DNA from: an uncultured Oleispira sp.
GTDB taxonomy: Bacteria > Pseudomonadota > Gammaproteobacteria > Pseudomonadales > Oceanobacteraceae
Direction: 5' to 3'
Assembly: GCA_913061415.1 (NCBI GenBank)
Contig: CAJXUD010000006.1
Location: forward strand, 63,505-127,504
Length of the DNA: 64,000 bases
Shown: piece by piece, positions 47,170 through 57,847 of the stretch
How the letters are laid out: every line of letters starts with the position of its first letter
Position numbering within the stretch: position 1 is the first letter of the stretch
Translations under genes and position numbers: made by a program
Notes under the pieces: model-generated
What the model was told of the DNA's origin: nothing
The model's database searches: none
Seen by the model: the letters and a program-made list of their open reading frames with translations, nothing else

Positions 47170-48345
47170 ATGACGACTACGGAGAATATAATGAGTGATG
47201 AGGACGAAGAGTTTCAAGCGAGTAGTGAAGATATTGAGATTAAACCGTGGGATTTGCCATATTGGAGTGGCGGCCCAGCGGTTAAAAAGAAACCCGCTTT
47301 AGATGAAAAAGACTCTGAAGACGAGGTCGAAGTGGTTGAACCGATTACGGTAGAAGAGTTAGAAACTATTCGTAATGAAGGCTATGAAGAAGGATTTTTA
47401 CAAGGCTTAAACGAAGGCCGTGAAAAGGGCGAAAAAGAAGGTATCGCTACGGGCAAATCAGAAGGCCATAAAGAAGGGCATAAGCAAGGTACCCAAGAAG
47501 GAAATCGTTTGGGTTTTGAAGCAGGGCAAGCAGAAGGCTTGGCTGCAGGAAAAGAAGAAATCGCCTTGGCCGCCAGTAACTTGGCAAAGCTAACTCAGCA
47601 GCTAGAGCAAAGCCTAGTTGAAAAGGACAGCGCTTTACCCGCGGTATTAAGCCAGTTAATAAAAACCGCTTGCGAAACGATTATTGGCCGTGAATTAGAG
47701 CAGGGTGATGATCAAATTACACAAAAAGTGCTTATGGCATTAGAGCAGCTTCCTAGTGGTGCTGAAAATATTAAAATCTTTGTGAGCTCAGCCGATTCCA
47801 CGTTTTTAGAAGAGGGTTTAAAGACGGCAGGCTGTGAAATGAATTACAAAGTAGATGCTAGTTTAGAGACGGGCAGTGCGAAAATTACAACGACTCAGTC
47901 GTTATTAGAATTCAGTTTGCAAGAACGTATGGACGTTGTGTTTGAACGAATAGATCAAGAATGTGAAAAGCTTGATTTAACCGATATTGAAGGCGAACCG
48001 CTAATAGAAAGCAATAATAATGATGAGTCTATTGCTGATGACACTTCAGGTATTGAAGAGTCAGGTATTGAAGAGTCAGGTGTTGAATCGAAAGAATCAT
48101 TGGATGCAGAATTAGATACTTCAATTGACACTGAAACCACTAATAAACCCGACGCCGCGATAGAAGCAGAGGCGGTGATAGAAACAGAGACCCCAGAGCT
48201 AGCGGTTGTGGAAGAGGTTAATACTGAAGAAGCTCTCGTTGAAGAAACGGTTGAAGAGGCTATAGAAGAAACTGTTGAAGAAACTATAGAAGACACCGCA
48301 ACCGATAATCAAAACGATCTATCCGCAGAAGATGACGTGACATGA
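47170..48345 (+). CDS. fliH: Export ATPase regulator FliH, enlarged (391 aa)
   Basis: Glycine-repeat segment [55 protein letters not shown] and a FliH core. A C-terminal tail of about 130 aa is extremely acidic. The stop overlaps the fliI start. Confidence 0.88.
   Translation: MTTTENIMSDEDEEFQASSEDIEIKPWDLPYWSGGPAVKKKPALDEKDSEDEVEVVEPITVEELETIRNEGYEEGFLQGLNEGREKGEKEGIATGKSEGHKEGHKQGTQEGNRLGFEAGQAEGLAAGKEEIALAASNLAKLTQQLEQSLVEKDSALPAVLSQLIKTACETIIGRELEQGDDQITQKVLMALEQLPSGAENIKIFVSSADSTFLEEGLKTAGCEMNYKVDASLETGSAKITTTQSLLEFSLQERMDVVFERIDQECEKLDLTDIEGEPLIESNNNDESIADDTSGIEESGIEESGVESKESLDAELDTSIDTETTNKPDAAIEAEAVIETETPELAVVEEVNTEEALVEETVEEAIEETVEETIEDTATDNQNDLSAEDDVT
48046..48090 (+). repeat. Three tandem 15-bp units (tcaggtRttgaaKMg) encoding [15 protein letters not shown] in the FliH tail
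   Basis: Direct reading. Confidence 0.9.
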
Positions 48346-49694
48346 GTTTAAGCGATCAGATTAGCGACATTAATTTCAATAAATTATCACTGCAAAAAAA
48401 AGCCAGTGGAAGATTAATTCGCATGGTCGGCTTAACTTTGGAAGCCGAAGGCTTAGTCGTTAAGATTGGCGATCGCTGCATGGTTGAACGCCGCGATGAT
48501 ACTGACATTGAAGCTGAGGTTGTCGGTTTTGATGGCAGCCGTATTTTTTTAATGCCTATTGAGCAAGTTGATGGCCTGCAAGCAGGCACCAAAGTTAGCC
48601 CTTTGTCAGGTTCTAGCGGCGTGCCAGTGGGCTTTCAGCTGTTAGGAAGAGTCCTTGATGGCGTAGGGCGTCCTTTAGACGGTAAAGGCCCCTTACAGGC
48701 TGAAGAAGGCTCGCTACAAGGCGAACAGATAAACCCCTTACACCGTGATCCCATTCGCACCCCCTTAGATGTTGGCATTCGTTCGATTAATGCCTTAATG
48801 ACCGTTGGCCGTGGCCAGCGTTTGGGTCTATTTGCCGGTAGTGGTGTGGGTAAAAGTATGCTGCTGGGAATGATGACTCGGTTTACCGAAGCCGATATTA
48901 CGGTGGTTGGTTTAATCGGTGAACGTGGCCGAGAAGTAAAAGAATTTATTGATGAAATTTTAGGTGAAGAAGGTATGGCGCGCTCTGTTGTGATTGCCTC
49001 ACCGGCAGACGATTCTCCTTTGATGCGTTTACGGGCCGCCATGTATTGCACATCGGTTGCTGAGTATTACCGCAAGCAAGGTAAAAACGTATTATTACTG
49101 ATGGACTCTTTAACCCGTTATGCCCAAGCCCAGCGTGAAATTGCATTAGCCGTCGGCGAACCACCGGCGACGAAAGGCTATCCACCTTCTGTATTTACCA
49201 AGATCCCTAAATTGGTAGAACGAGCGGGTAATGGAGAAGCGGGTGGTGGTTCGATTACGGCGTTTTATACGGTATTAAGCGAAGGCGATGACCTGCAAGA
49301 TCCGGTGGCCGATGCCAGTCGAGCCATCTTAGATGGCCACATCGTATTATCTCGAAAATTAGCCGATGAAGGTCATTACCCCGCCATCGACATCGAAGCG
49401 TCGATCAGTCGTGCTATGCCTCAAATTGTGTCGAAACAATGGCTGCAAAAGGCGCAGATGTTGCGTCAGCTATATGCGCATTATCAAGAAAATAAAGATC
49501 TTGTGAGTGTAGGGGCTTATCAAGCAGGCACAGACCCAACGCTAGACCTAGCGTTGAATCGAATTCCTATGATTCAAAGCTTTTTACAGCAAGAATTAAG
49601 TGAGTGTGTAAAAATTGACGCGAGCCTTGAGCAACTAAAAGCTATCTTACCGGATGTGCCGCAGGCCGATGTGAATGGGCAAGTGAATGAGTAA
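48342..49694 (+). CDS. fliI: Flagellar export ATPase FliI
   Basis: Walker A GSGVGKS and Walker [11 protein letters not shown]; F1-beta-like, 450 aa. Confidence 0.96.
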   Translation: MSLSDQISDINFNKLSLQKKASGRLIRMVGLTLEAEGLVVKIGDRCMVERRDDTDIEAEVVGFDGSRIFLMPIEQVDGLQAGTKVSPLSGSSGVPVGFQLLGRVLDGVGRPLDGKGPLQAEEGSLQGEQINPLHRDPIRTPLDVGIRSINALMTVGRGQRLGLFAGSGVGKSMLLGMMTRFTEADITVVGLIGERGREVKEFIDEILGEEGMARSVVIASPADDSPLMRLRAAMYCTSVAEYYRKQGKNVLLLMDSLTRYAQAQREIALAVGEPPATKGYPPSVFTKIPKLVERAGNGEAGGGSITAFYTVLSEGDDLQDPVADASRAILDGHIVLSRKLADEGHYPAIDIEASISRAMPQIVSKQWLQKAQMLRQLYAHYQENKDLVSVGAYQAGTDPTLDLALNRIPMIQSFLQQELSECVKIDASLEQLKAILPDVPQADVNGQVNE

Positions 49695-50136
49695 GCAAAG
49701 AATCAAGCGTCTTGGCTTCGTACTTAAAATGGCCGCAGATAAAGAGCAGCAAGATTTGCAAGTATGGGGTCAGTACCAACAGAAACTGGAGCAAGAAATA
49801 CAGAAACTCACTCAATTAGAACAATATATGGCTGAGTACCGCAACAGCTTAACTAGCCAGCACGCGGCCCCGATTCAAGGTGGACAGATTCAAAATACCA
49901 TTGCCTTTATTGAACAGATTAAAGATGCCAGTGGCCATCAAGAGCAACAGATTAACTTAGTTCGCCAGCAAGCTGATGGCGCTAAGCGAGTTTATTTAGA
50001 TGCTCGCGCCAAAGCTGAGGCATTACGTAAGTTAATCGAAAAACTTGCCCTGCAAGCCTCTGCGCTAGAAGATAAGCAAGATCAAAAAATGATGGATGAG
50101 TTTGCCGCGCGCAGTGCTCGTAACCGCCAAGTCTAA
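49687..50136 (+). CDS. fliJ: Flagellar export stalk protein FliJ
   Basis: 149-aa coiled-coil protein that overlaps the fliI end. It occupies the conserved position. Confidence 0.8.
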   Translation: MSKQRIKRLGFVLKMAADKEQQDLQVWGQYQQKLEQEIQKLTQLEQYMAEYRNSLTSQHAAPIQGGQIQNTIAFIEQIKDASGHQEQQINLVRQQADGAKRVYLDARAKAEALRKLIEKLALQASALEDKQDQKMMDEFAARSARNRQV

Positions 50137-50293
50137 TACTCGTTCTATCTAATATTCAGCTCTAAATGCCTGCCCTTAACTACGAGCAGCCCGCTAGCTG
50201 AAGTAAAAATTTCTTATTAATATTCAAATCAAAATTCGCAGCTTTCTAATTGCCGTCTATTCTTAGAGTAAACGTCAATAGGAATTAAATGAC

Positions 50294-50587
50294 ATGTCTG
50301 AAGGGCATCAAATTGTATGCAGTGAGCGGATGACCATCGAAAAAGTGGAAAGCTTTTATACCGAGTTAGAATCTGCCTTATTGGAACATACCGAAATAGA
50401 ATTAATCGCTGAAGGCGTACAGCAGTGTGATACCGCCTCGCTGCAGTTAATTACTCATTTTATTGATGCCGCGAAGCAACAAGGTCACCGGGTGACTTGG
50501 GTTAAACCTTCAGAATCCGTTCTTAATGTGGCTGAGCTATTAGGCTTACTTGAGCCGCTTGAACTAACACAACATATTACGCAGTAG
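50294..50587 (+). CDS. STAS-domain protein at the head of the chemosensory cluster
   Basis: 97 aa with a SpoIIAA/MlaB-like pattern (IELIAEGVQQCDTASLQLITHFI). Confidence 0.65.
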   Translation: MSEGHQIVCSERMTIEKVESFYTELESALLEHTEIELIAEGVQQCDTASLQLITHFIDAAKQQGHRVTWVKPSESVLNVAELLGLLEPLELTQHITQ

Positions 50588-50603
50588 TTATTAGAAAGGG
50601 AGT

Positions 50604-50972
50604 ATGCCAATGGCAACTATTTTAGCGGTAGACGATTCAACCTCGATGCGACAGATGGTCTCGTTTACCTTAAAGGGTGCAGGCTATGACGTGAGAGAGG
50701 CATGTGATGGAAGTGAAGCCCTAGACATTGCCAAAACTCAGCAGTTTGATTTGGTCTTATCCGATGTGAATATGCCTGTGATGGATGGTATTCAATTGGT
50801 AACGGAGCTGCGTAAATTGGGCGAGTATAAATTTGTCCCCATCTTGATGCTCACAACCGAATCTTCTGGCGATACAAAAATGGCCGGAAAGAAAGCCGGA
50901 GCAACCGGGTGGATAGTAAAACCTTTTAATCCGGACCAGTTATTAAATACAATTAAAAAAGTGTTGGGTTAA
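50604..50972 (+). CDS. cheY: CheY-like response regulator
   Basis: ILAVDDS...LVLSDVNMPVMDG...MLTTE...KP. The alternative ATG at 50610 has better RBS spacing. Confidence 0.9.
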   Translation: MPMATILAVDDSTSMRQMVSFTLKGAGYDVREACDGSEALDIAKTQQFDLVLSDVNMPVMDGIQLVTELRKLGEYKFVPILMLTTESSGDTKMAGKKAGATGWIVKPFNPDQLLNTIKKVLG

Positions 50973-50977
50973 TTATT

Positions 50978-53152
50978 ATGAGTATTGATCTCTCACAATT
51001 TCACCAGGTCTTCTTCGAAGAGAGTTTCGAAGGGCTTGATATTATGGAATCCAATTTATTAGCATTAAATATCGCTGAAGTTGATTCTGAGACGATTAAT
51101 ACTATCTTCCGTGCGGCCCATTCTATCAAGGGTGGCGCGGGTACTTTTGGATTTATGCAAATATCCGGATTTACTCATGTATTAGAAACCTTATTAGATG
51201 AAATTCGCAGCGGTGAACGTGATATTGAGCAAGAACATATTGATATGCTCTTGCAGTGTGTTGATTGTTTACGTGGATTGATGAGTGATCTACAAGCAGG
51301 CAATGAACCAGATATGGCTCAAGCTGATGAGCTTAAAATACATTTTGAAAAAGTACTGGCAAATAATAGCAAAAACTCTACGGAGAGTGAGAATGCGGGT
51401 GAACCGTGCGTCGATGATAAAAGCACGAGTGAGCAAGGCAGGGCAGGCTGGATAGTCCATTTTATTCCATGCGAAGACGTGCTTTGTACGGGCAATGAAC
51501 CCTATCGAATGTTTCGTGAACTGAAAGACTTAGCTGAAGCCGTAAACGGAAGTTTTGAGGTGGAGTGTCATCGACAATCATTGCCAAAGTTTTCAGAAAT
51601 GCACCCTGAAATGTGCTATCTCTCGTGGACTATTCATATTCGCGCTGACGTTGAACTATCCGATATAGAAGAAATATTTGAGTGGGTCGTAGACGATTGT
51701 GATATTCGTTATGAACCTCTGTCGGATAGTGGTAGTGATACAACTGTCGAAGCGGTTCCTGAGTCACTCGTCCCTGAAGGTGAAACTTCTCCTCCATTAC
51801 ACAATAACGACGCCGTCAATACCGACCCCAAAGTCAGTGCTGCAGCAGAGGATAACCTCAAAATTGATAGCCGCGAGATAGATAGCTGCGAGATTGATCG
51901 TAACGAGGTTAAAGCAAAAGCCAACGCTAGCGTAAAAGTCACCAAAAAGAGTACAGAAACCACATCAATTCGAGTATCCATCGATAAGATCGATGGCTTA
52001 ATCAATATGGTTGGTGAGCTGGTAATCACTCAATCAATGCTCGGACAGTTAGGGCAAGAATTTGATATGAGTCGAATTCAACGTTTGCAAGAAGGGCTTG
52101 CTCAGCTTGAGCAAAATACTCGAGAGCTACAAGAAAGTGTAATGAAAATTCGTATGCTTCCCATTAGTTTTGCCTTCAGTCGCTTTCCACGGTTAGTCCG
52201 AGATTTAAGTAAGCAGCTTAGTAAAGAAGTTGATCTTGAAATGATCGGAGAAAATACTGAGTTGGATAAAACAGTCATGGAGAAAATCGGTGACCCACTG
52301 GTGCATCTTGTCAGAAATTCTTTAGATCATGGGCTGGAATGTCCCGAAGAACGAATCCGTAATGGCAAGACGAGCGTCGGAAAAATAACCCTCAATGCTT
52401 TTCATCATGGCGGCTCCATTGTCATCGAAGTGAAGGATGATGGCGCAGGTTTAAACAAAGATAGAATACGTGATAAAGCCCTAGAAAAAGGCTTAATTAC
52501 GAAAGACGACAATCTAACCGATGGCCAAATTTATGACCTGATATTTCAGCCAGGATTTTCAACAGCCGATGTTGTAAGCGATGTATCCGGTCGTGGCGTC
52601 GGTATGGATGTGGTTAAACGAAATATTACAGAGCTGAATGGTTCGATAGAAGTATCGTCAATTCCTGGAGAAGGTTCCATATTTTCCATCAGATTACCCC
52701 TGACATTAGCCATACTTGATGGCCAGCTCGTTAAGGTGGGTAACGAAATTTATATTTTCCCTTTAGTGTCTATTGTCGAATCCATTCAGTTAGAAAAATC
52801 CATGCTAAACAATATTACGGGCAGTCAATACGTTATGCAGTTGCGTAATGACTACGTTCCTATTATTTGTCTGCAGGATATATTTAACATTAAAACGGCA
52901 AGGCAGGATCTTGAAGGTGCAATGTTAGTCGTTGTTGAAGGGGATAATGGCAAGGTGGGCGTTGTGGTTGATGAGTTATTGGGTCAGCAGCAAGTGGTCA
53001 TTAAAAGCCTTGAGAAAAATTATCAAAAAGTCGACTCAATCTCTGGCGCGACTATTCTAGGCGATGGAACGGTAGCCTTAATCTTAGATGTATCAGGGTT
53101 AAATACTCGGACTTCGGATAAAAAAAATGACTCTCACATTCATGCTGCTTAA
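50978..53152 (+). CDS. cheA: Chemotaxis histidine kinase CheA
   Basis: Hpt motif AAHSIKGGAGTFGF, dimerisation and HATPase domains (HLVRNSLDHG, DDGAGL, GRGVGMDVV) and a C-terminal CheW-like domain. Confidence 0.95.
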   Translation: MSIDLSQFHQVFFEESFEGLDIMESNLLALNIAEVDSETINTIFRAAHSIKGGAGTFGFMQISGFTHVLETLLDEIRSGERDIEQEHIDMLLQCVDCLRGLMSDLQAGNEPDMAQADELKIHFEKVLANNSKNSTESENAGEPCVDDKSTSEQGRAGWIVHFIPCEDVLCTGNEPYRMFRELKDLAEAVNGSFEVECHRQSLPKFSEMHPEMCYLSWTIHIRADVELSDIEEIFEWVVDDCDIRYEPLSDSGSDTTVEAVPESLVPEGETSPPLHNNDAVNTDPKVSAAAEDNLKIDSREIDSCEIDRNEVKAKANASVKVTKKSTETTSIRVSIDKIDGLINMVGELVITQSMLGQLGQEFDMSRIQRLQEGLAQLEQNTRELQESVMKIRMLPISFAFSRFPRLVRDLSKQLSKEVDLEMIGENTELDKTVMEKIGDPLVHLVRNSLDHGLECPEERIRNGKTSVGKITLNAFHHGGSIVIEVKDDGAGLNKDRIRDKALEKGLITKDDNLTDGQIYDLIFQPGFSTADVVSDVSGRGVGMDVVKRNITELNGSIEVSSIPGEGSIFSIRLPLTLAILDGQLVKVGNEIYIFPLVSIVESIQLEKSMLNNITGSQYVMQLRNDYVPIICLQDIFNIKTARQDLEGAMLVVVEGDNGKVGVVVDELLGQQQVVIKSLEKNYQKVDSISGATILGDGTVALILDVSGLNTRTSDKKNDSHIHAA

Positions 53153-53179
53153 TACGCTGCTTAAAAGGAGAAATGCATT

Positions 53180-53749
53180 ATGAATGCAGCTCAATTAAAC
53201 AATAAGGATGCTGATTCTGGACACGGTACAGATGATGAACAACAGTATTTAACGTTCATTATGGCCGGTGAAGAATATGGCGTAGATATTCTAGCGGTTC
53301 AAGAAATTAGAGGTTGGGAGCCAACGACGGTTATTCCTAATGCACCAAATTACATAAAAGGGGTCATTAACCTGCGAGGAACCATTGTCCCTATTATGGA
53401 TTTACGCAGCCGTTTTAATCTAGCAAGTGTTGAATATAGCCCTGTTACCGTTGTTATTATTTTGAAAATTGAAACAGAGCGTGGCGAACGCGTTATGGGT
53501 ATTGTTGTTGATGCTGTATCTGAAGTGCATGCCATCAGTGATTCTGATACACAAAACAGCCCTGATTTAATAGAAGATTTGAATACCGAGTTTATTAAAG
53601 GACTGGTGTCAATTGAAGATAACATGATTATTTTGTTGGATGTGAATCGACTGTTAACGATCGATAAGCAGCTGCTAACGTTAACTTCAGAGCTGGCTTC
53701 AGGGTTGGATTCAGAGTCGACTGCAGAGCATGAAGAAAACAAACAATAA
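53180..53749 (+). CDS. cheW: CheW coupling protein
   Basis: [24 protein letters not shown]...[14 protein letters not shown]. Confidence 0.92.
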   Translation: MNAAQLNNKDADSGHGTDDEQQYLTFIMAGEEYGVDILAVQEIRGWEPTTVIPNAPNYIKGVINLRGTIVPIMDLRSRFNLASVEYSPVTVVIILKIETERGERVMGIVVDAVSEVHAISDSDTQNSPDLIEDLNTEFIKGLVSIEDNMIILLDVNRLLTIDKQLLTLTSELASGLDSESTAEHEENKQ

Positions 53750-53774
53750 CAAGGTGACAAAAAGGGAATATATC

Positions 53775-56312
53775 ATGTCAAAAGAGTATAAGACGACTCA
53801 TTGGATTACGCCGGCACTCACTGCATTGCCACTTACAATTGCCCTATTGTATTTCGTTGTAACTGCGCTTAATACTGTTTTTGCCATAGTGGTCGTGATG
53901 CTAGCGTTTGCTGTATCTATTGGGCTTGGCTGGTGGCACTTAACAAAAGAAGATGATCAAGACGAGGTTGAAAAATTAGAGCATCTTGAGCGTTTGGTCA
54001 AAGCGTTGGACATGTGTAATACCAATATCATGATTGCGGATACGAATAATGATATTTGTTATACCAATACCACAATGAATCTTATGATGAAAAATGCCGA
54101 AGCTGATATCCGCAGCGAGTTGCCAAATTTTAGAAGTGGCGACCTGGTCGGTAGCAATATGGATACTTTCCATAAAAAACCTCTTCATCAAAGAGATATG
54201 ATTGCGAGTTTAAAGAATACTTATAAAACAACGTTTGTCATTGGTGGAAGAACGCTACGGCTCATCGCTACTCCTCTTTTTAGTGACGAACAGATACGTT
54301 TAGGAACGGTGCTTGAGTGGTCTGACAAAACAGAAGATGTTGCGCAAGAGCATGTAGAGAAGCAGGCTGCTAAAGAAAATATTCGGATTCGCAAAGCGTT
54401 AGATGCTTGTAATACCAATGTGATGATGGCAGATGAAAATTTAAACATCATTTATATGAACGAAACGGTCACAGAAATGATGATTGCGGCTGAAGCCGAT
54501 TTGAAAATGGCATTACCGAATTTTGATGCACATAATTTGATGGGTGAGAACATAGATGTTTTCCATAAAAATCCAGCGCATCAGCGCGAGATGCTGGAAA
54601 AATTAGCCAGTGTTTATAAAACGGTTATCCAAGTGGGTGCGCGCACCTTTAGTTTGATTGCTACGCCCGTCTTCGAAGAAGGCCAGCGCCTAGGCACCGT
54701 TGTAGAGTGGCTTGATAAAACAGAAATGCTAGCACAAGAAACGGCCGAGAAAGTGATTGCTGATACAAATGCCAGAGTTAAGCAAGCGCTAGATTCTGTC
54801 ACCGGCAATACCATGATTGCCGATAATGATTTTAATATTATCTACATGAATGCTGCTGTGCTAAAAATGATGAAGCATGCAGAGGCGGATATTCGCAAAG
54901 ACCTTCCGAATTTTGATGCGAGTCATTTGCTTGGGCAAAGTATCGATTCATTTCATAAACACCCATCTCATCAGCGAGACCTCGTTGCTAAATTAACGGG
55001 TACTTATAAGGCCAATATCGTTTTAGGTGGACGAACTTTTGTACTGGTTGCGAATCCGATTGAAAATGAGCAAGGGGAGCGATTAGGTGCTGTAGTTGAA
55101 TGGTTGGATCGTACTGATGAAGTTGCCGTAGAAAAAGAAGTTGATGGTTTGGTTCAGGCAGCGATCAATGGAGACTTATCTCATCGAATAAAAGTTGATG
55201 ATAAAGAAGGTTTCTTTTTAACCTTAGCGACAGGGCTTAATGATTTAGTGGGTGTTGCTGATAATGTCGTGAATGATATGGCGCGAGTGTTTAATGCTTT
55301 AGCCAATGGTCGCCTGACAGAAACCATTACGGCTGATTATCAGGGTTCGTTTGAGCAGCTTAAAATAGACTCAACGGCGACGGTCGAGAAACTGACCGAA
55401 ATTATTAATAATATTCGTGATTCTGCGTCTGCGGTTTCATCAGGGGCAAGCGAGATATCTCAGGGGCATGCTGACTTGAGTCAGAGAACGGAGTCTCAGG
55501 CTTCGAATCTTGAAGAGACAGCTTCAAGCATGGAAGAAATGACCAGTGCCGTGAAGCAAACCAGTGATAACTCAACCCACGCTACTGAATTAGCCGTTTC
55601 AGCCAGTAAACAAGCAGTAGAAGGCGGTGAAGTAGTGAGTCGCGCAGTAGCGGCAATGGATGAGATTAATCAGGCCAGCAATAAAATTGCCGACATTATT
55701 GGAGTGATTGACGAGATTGCCTTTCAAACCAATTTATTGGCATTAAATGCCGCCGTCGAAGCCGCTCGGGCCGGAGAGCAGGGGCGTGGTTTTGCCGTTG
55801 TCGCCGGAGAAGTGCGTAATCTTGCACAGCGCTCTGCTGGTGCTGCAAAAGAAATTAAGGATCTAATCCGCGACAGTGTCGATAAAGTGACCGTAGGCAC
55901 CAACTTAGTCAATGAGTCAGGCAAAACACTCAAAGATATTGTTTCGGCGGTTAAGCGCGTTACCGATATGATTGAAGAGATTAGTATTGCAGCAAAAGAA
56001 CAATCCTCTGGAATAGATCAGGTCAATACTTCAATTGTACAGATGGATGAAATGACCCAACAAAATGCCGCTTTAGTCGAAGAGGCAGCTTCAGCAGGCG
56101 AATCAATGGCGGAACAGTCTCGAGCGATGATGACGTTGATGGACTTTTTTACGCTGGATAATAGCCCTATTACGCGTATGGCAGAATATAAGCCTGAGTC
56201 TATTGTCGAGGTGCAGTCATCAACAACAGCATTACCTTCATCGCCAACCACCATACCTAGTCAAGGCGCTATTATGAGTGATTCGGAAGATGATGAATGG
56301 CAGGAGTTTTAA
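53775..56312 (+). CDS. Aer2-like methyl-accepting chemotaxis protein with a TM hairpin and three tandem PAS domains
   Basis: Two adjacent TM helices with no periplasmic domain. Three paralogous PAS units each contain N(I/V)M(I/M)AD..., FHK.P.HQR and VEW.D+T. They are followed by HAMP segments, an MA domain ([42 protein letters not shown]) and a C-terminal EWQEF pentapeptide. Confidence 0.88.
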   Translation: MSKEYKTTHWITPALTALPLTIALLYFVVTALNTVFAIVVVMLAFAVSIGLGWWHLTKEDDQDEVEKLEHLERLVKALDMCNTNIMIADTNNDICYTNTTMNLMMKNAEADIRSELPNFRSGDLVGSNMDTFHKKPLHQRDMIASLKNTYKTTFVIGGRTLRLIATPLFSDEQIRLGTVLEWSDKTEDVAQEHVEKQAAKENIRIRKALDACNTNVMMADENLNIIYMNETVTEMMIAAEADLKMALPNFDAHNLMGENIDVFHKNPAHQREMLEKLASVYKTVIQVGARTFSLIATPVFEEGQRLGTVVEWLDKTEMLAQETAEKVIADTNARVKQALDSVTGNTMIADNDFNIIYMNAAVLKMMKHAEADIRKDLPNFDASHLLGQSIDSFHKHPSHQRDLVAKLTGTYKANIVLGGRTFVLVANPIENEQGERLGAVVEWLDRTDEVAVEKEVDGLVQAAINGDLSHRIKVDDKEGFFLTLATGLNDLVGVADNVVNDMARVFNALANGRLTETITADYQGSFEQLKIDSTATVEKLTEIINNIRDSASAVSSGASEISQGHADLSQRTESQASNLEETASSMEEMTSAVKQTSDNSTHATELAVSASKQAVEGGEVVSRAVAAMDEINQASNKIADIIGVIDEIAFQTNLLALNAAVEAARAGEQGRGFAVVAGEVRNLAQRSAGAAKEIKDLIRDSVDKVTVGTNLVNESGKTLKDIVSAVKRVTDMIEEISIAAKEQSSGIDQVNTSIVQMDEMTQQNAALVEEAASAGESMAEQSRAMMTLMDFFTLDNSPITRMAEYKPESIVEVQSSTTALPSSPTTIPSQGAIMSDSEDDEWQEF

Positions 56313-56321
56313 TTAATCTTT

Positions 56322-57173
56322 ATGTCGAGAGATCATGTAAATACAGATTATAGGAATAAGGAATTTCCTATGACGGATAAAGATTTTCAACGCATTGCTG
56401 GGCTTGCGGGGCGATATACAGGAATCGTTCTTGGGGATCATAAACGCGATATGGTTTATGGTCGAATTGCCCGTAGAGTAAGAAAATTAAATTTATTCAG
56501 TTTTACTCATTATTTGGATTATTTAGAAGCGAATACGACTCAAGAGCTGTCCTGTTTTATTAATGTTATTACGACGAATCTGACGTCTTTTTTTCGCGAA
56601 AATCATCATTTTGACTACTTAGAAAAGACCGTGTTGCCGGAATTACGTAAAAAAAATGCTACGGCTAAGCGCCTACGTATCTGGTCGGCTGGCTGTTCTT
56701 CCGGGCAGGAACCTTATTCTATTGCAATGACGTTATTAAAAGCGTCAATGCCGGGCGATTGGGATATCAAGATCTTGGCAACAGATCTTGATTCAGATGT
56801 ACTGGCTAAGGCTAAGCAGGCTGTGTATTCGATAGCCGACGTTGACGGCTTAAATGATGCGACCATTAAGGGATCTTTTCAGCACAGCAGTAATAACAAG
56901 GAAGTAAAAGTTAAAGAGAAGGTCTCTAAATACATTCACTTTAAACGTTTGAATCTGTTAGAAAATTGGCCGATGTCAGGGCCGTTTGATGTGATATTTT
57001 GCCGAAATGTCGTCATCTATTTTGATAAGCCCACGCAAAAAATATTATTTAATCGATATGCTGATATGTTGTCTATTGGTGGCTATTTATTCATAGGTCA
57101 CTCTGAGAACTTAAACGGTGTCAGTAATCGTTTTGAAAATATAGGACACACTATTTATCGGAAAATTTTCTGA
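56322..57173 (+). CDS. cheR: Chemotaxis methyltransferase CheR (second copy)
   Basis: TNLTSFFRE, IWSAGCSSGQEPYS, IFCRNVVIYF. Confidence 0.92.
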   Translation: MSRDHVNTDYRNKEFPMTDKDFQRIAGLAGRYTGIVLGDHKRDMVYGRIARRVRKLNLFSFTHYLDYLEANTTQELSCFINVITTNLTSFFRENHHFDYLEKTVLPELRKKNATAKRLRIWSAGCSSGQEPYSIAMTLLKASMPGDWDIKILATDLDSDVLAKAKQAVYSIADVDGLNDATIKGSFQHSSNNKEVKVKEKVSKYIHFKRLNLLENWPMSGPFDVIFCRNVVIYFDKPTQKILFNRYADMLSIGGYLFIGHSENLNGVSNRFENIGHTIYRKIF

Positions 57174-57847
57174 TGGGATTTTTAAACGATATTTCTAGTG
57201 TTCCCCAGCCACCAGTCACTATAGGTTTTGAACATATTAATCGCTATTGGGATGGACTTAATAAAGTCTGGTCGGCAAAAATACTGCCTGGTGAATTGTA
57301 TGTTTCTAGTCATGGAGAAATGATTTCGACCGTATTAGGCTCTTGTATTTCGGTTTGTATTCGCGATACAAAAAAAGGAATTGGAGGTATGAATCATTTT
57401 ATGTTGCCGCAAACGAATGAGTTTTCGAGTGATAGCTGGGGAAGTAACTCAGTGACTTCAGCGTCACGCTATGGTAATTGGGCCATGGAGTATTTGATTA
57501 ATGCGATTATAAAACTGGGTGGCGAAAAGAAGAATTTTGAAGTTAAAGTTTTTGGTGGCGGCCAAATGATGGCGAGCATGACTGATATTGGCCAAAAGAA
57601 TATTCTATTTGTTTATCAGTACTTAGCAGAAGAGCAGTTAAATATAGTCGCCAGTGATGTGGGTGATATTTATGCCCGAAAAGTCCTTTTCTTTCCAGAT
57701 ACAGGTAGCGTTAAAGTTAGGCGTATTAAAAATGTTAAGAACGATACGATTATTCGCCGTGAAACAGCATACGAAAAACATGTGGGTGTAGAGAGCAAGT
57801 CTGAGAGTGATACGTCTAATATCGAACTTTTTGGTGATACAAAATGA
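57173..57847 (+). CDS. cheD: Chemoreceptor glutamine deamidase CheD
   Basis: LGSCISVCIRD...GGMNHFMLP block. Start and stop overlap cheR and cheB. Confidence 0.88.
   Translation: MGFLNDISSVPQPPVTIGFEHINRYWDGLNKVWSAKILPGELYVSSHGEMISTVLGSCISVCIRDTKKGIGGMNHFMLPQTNEFSSDSWGSNSVTSASRYGNWAMEYLINAIIKLGGEKKNFEVKVFGGGQMMASMTDIGQKNILFVYQYLAEEQLNIVASDVGDIYARKVLFFPDTGSVKVRRIKNVKNDTIIRRETAYEKHVGVESKSESDTSNIELFGDTK

Noticed and set aside
47955-48296. 113-aa minus-strand ORF rich in S/T/V opposite the FliH tail
   Set aside because: It is the complement of the GAA/GAG-rich acidic tail. It is a compositional artefact.
50137-50293. Sigma28 or sigma54 promoter for the chemosensory cluster (for example GCCGTCTA at about 50253)
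   Set aside because: No acceptable -35 TAAA element lies at the correct spacing and there is no GG-N10-GC match. The promoter class stays unknown.
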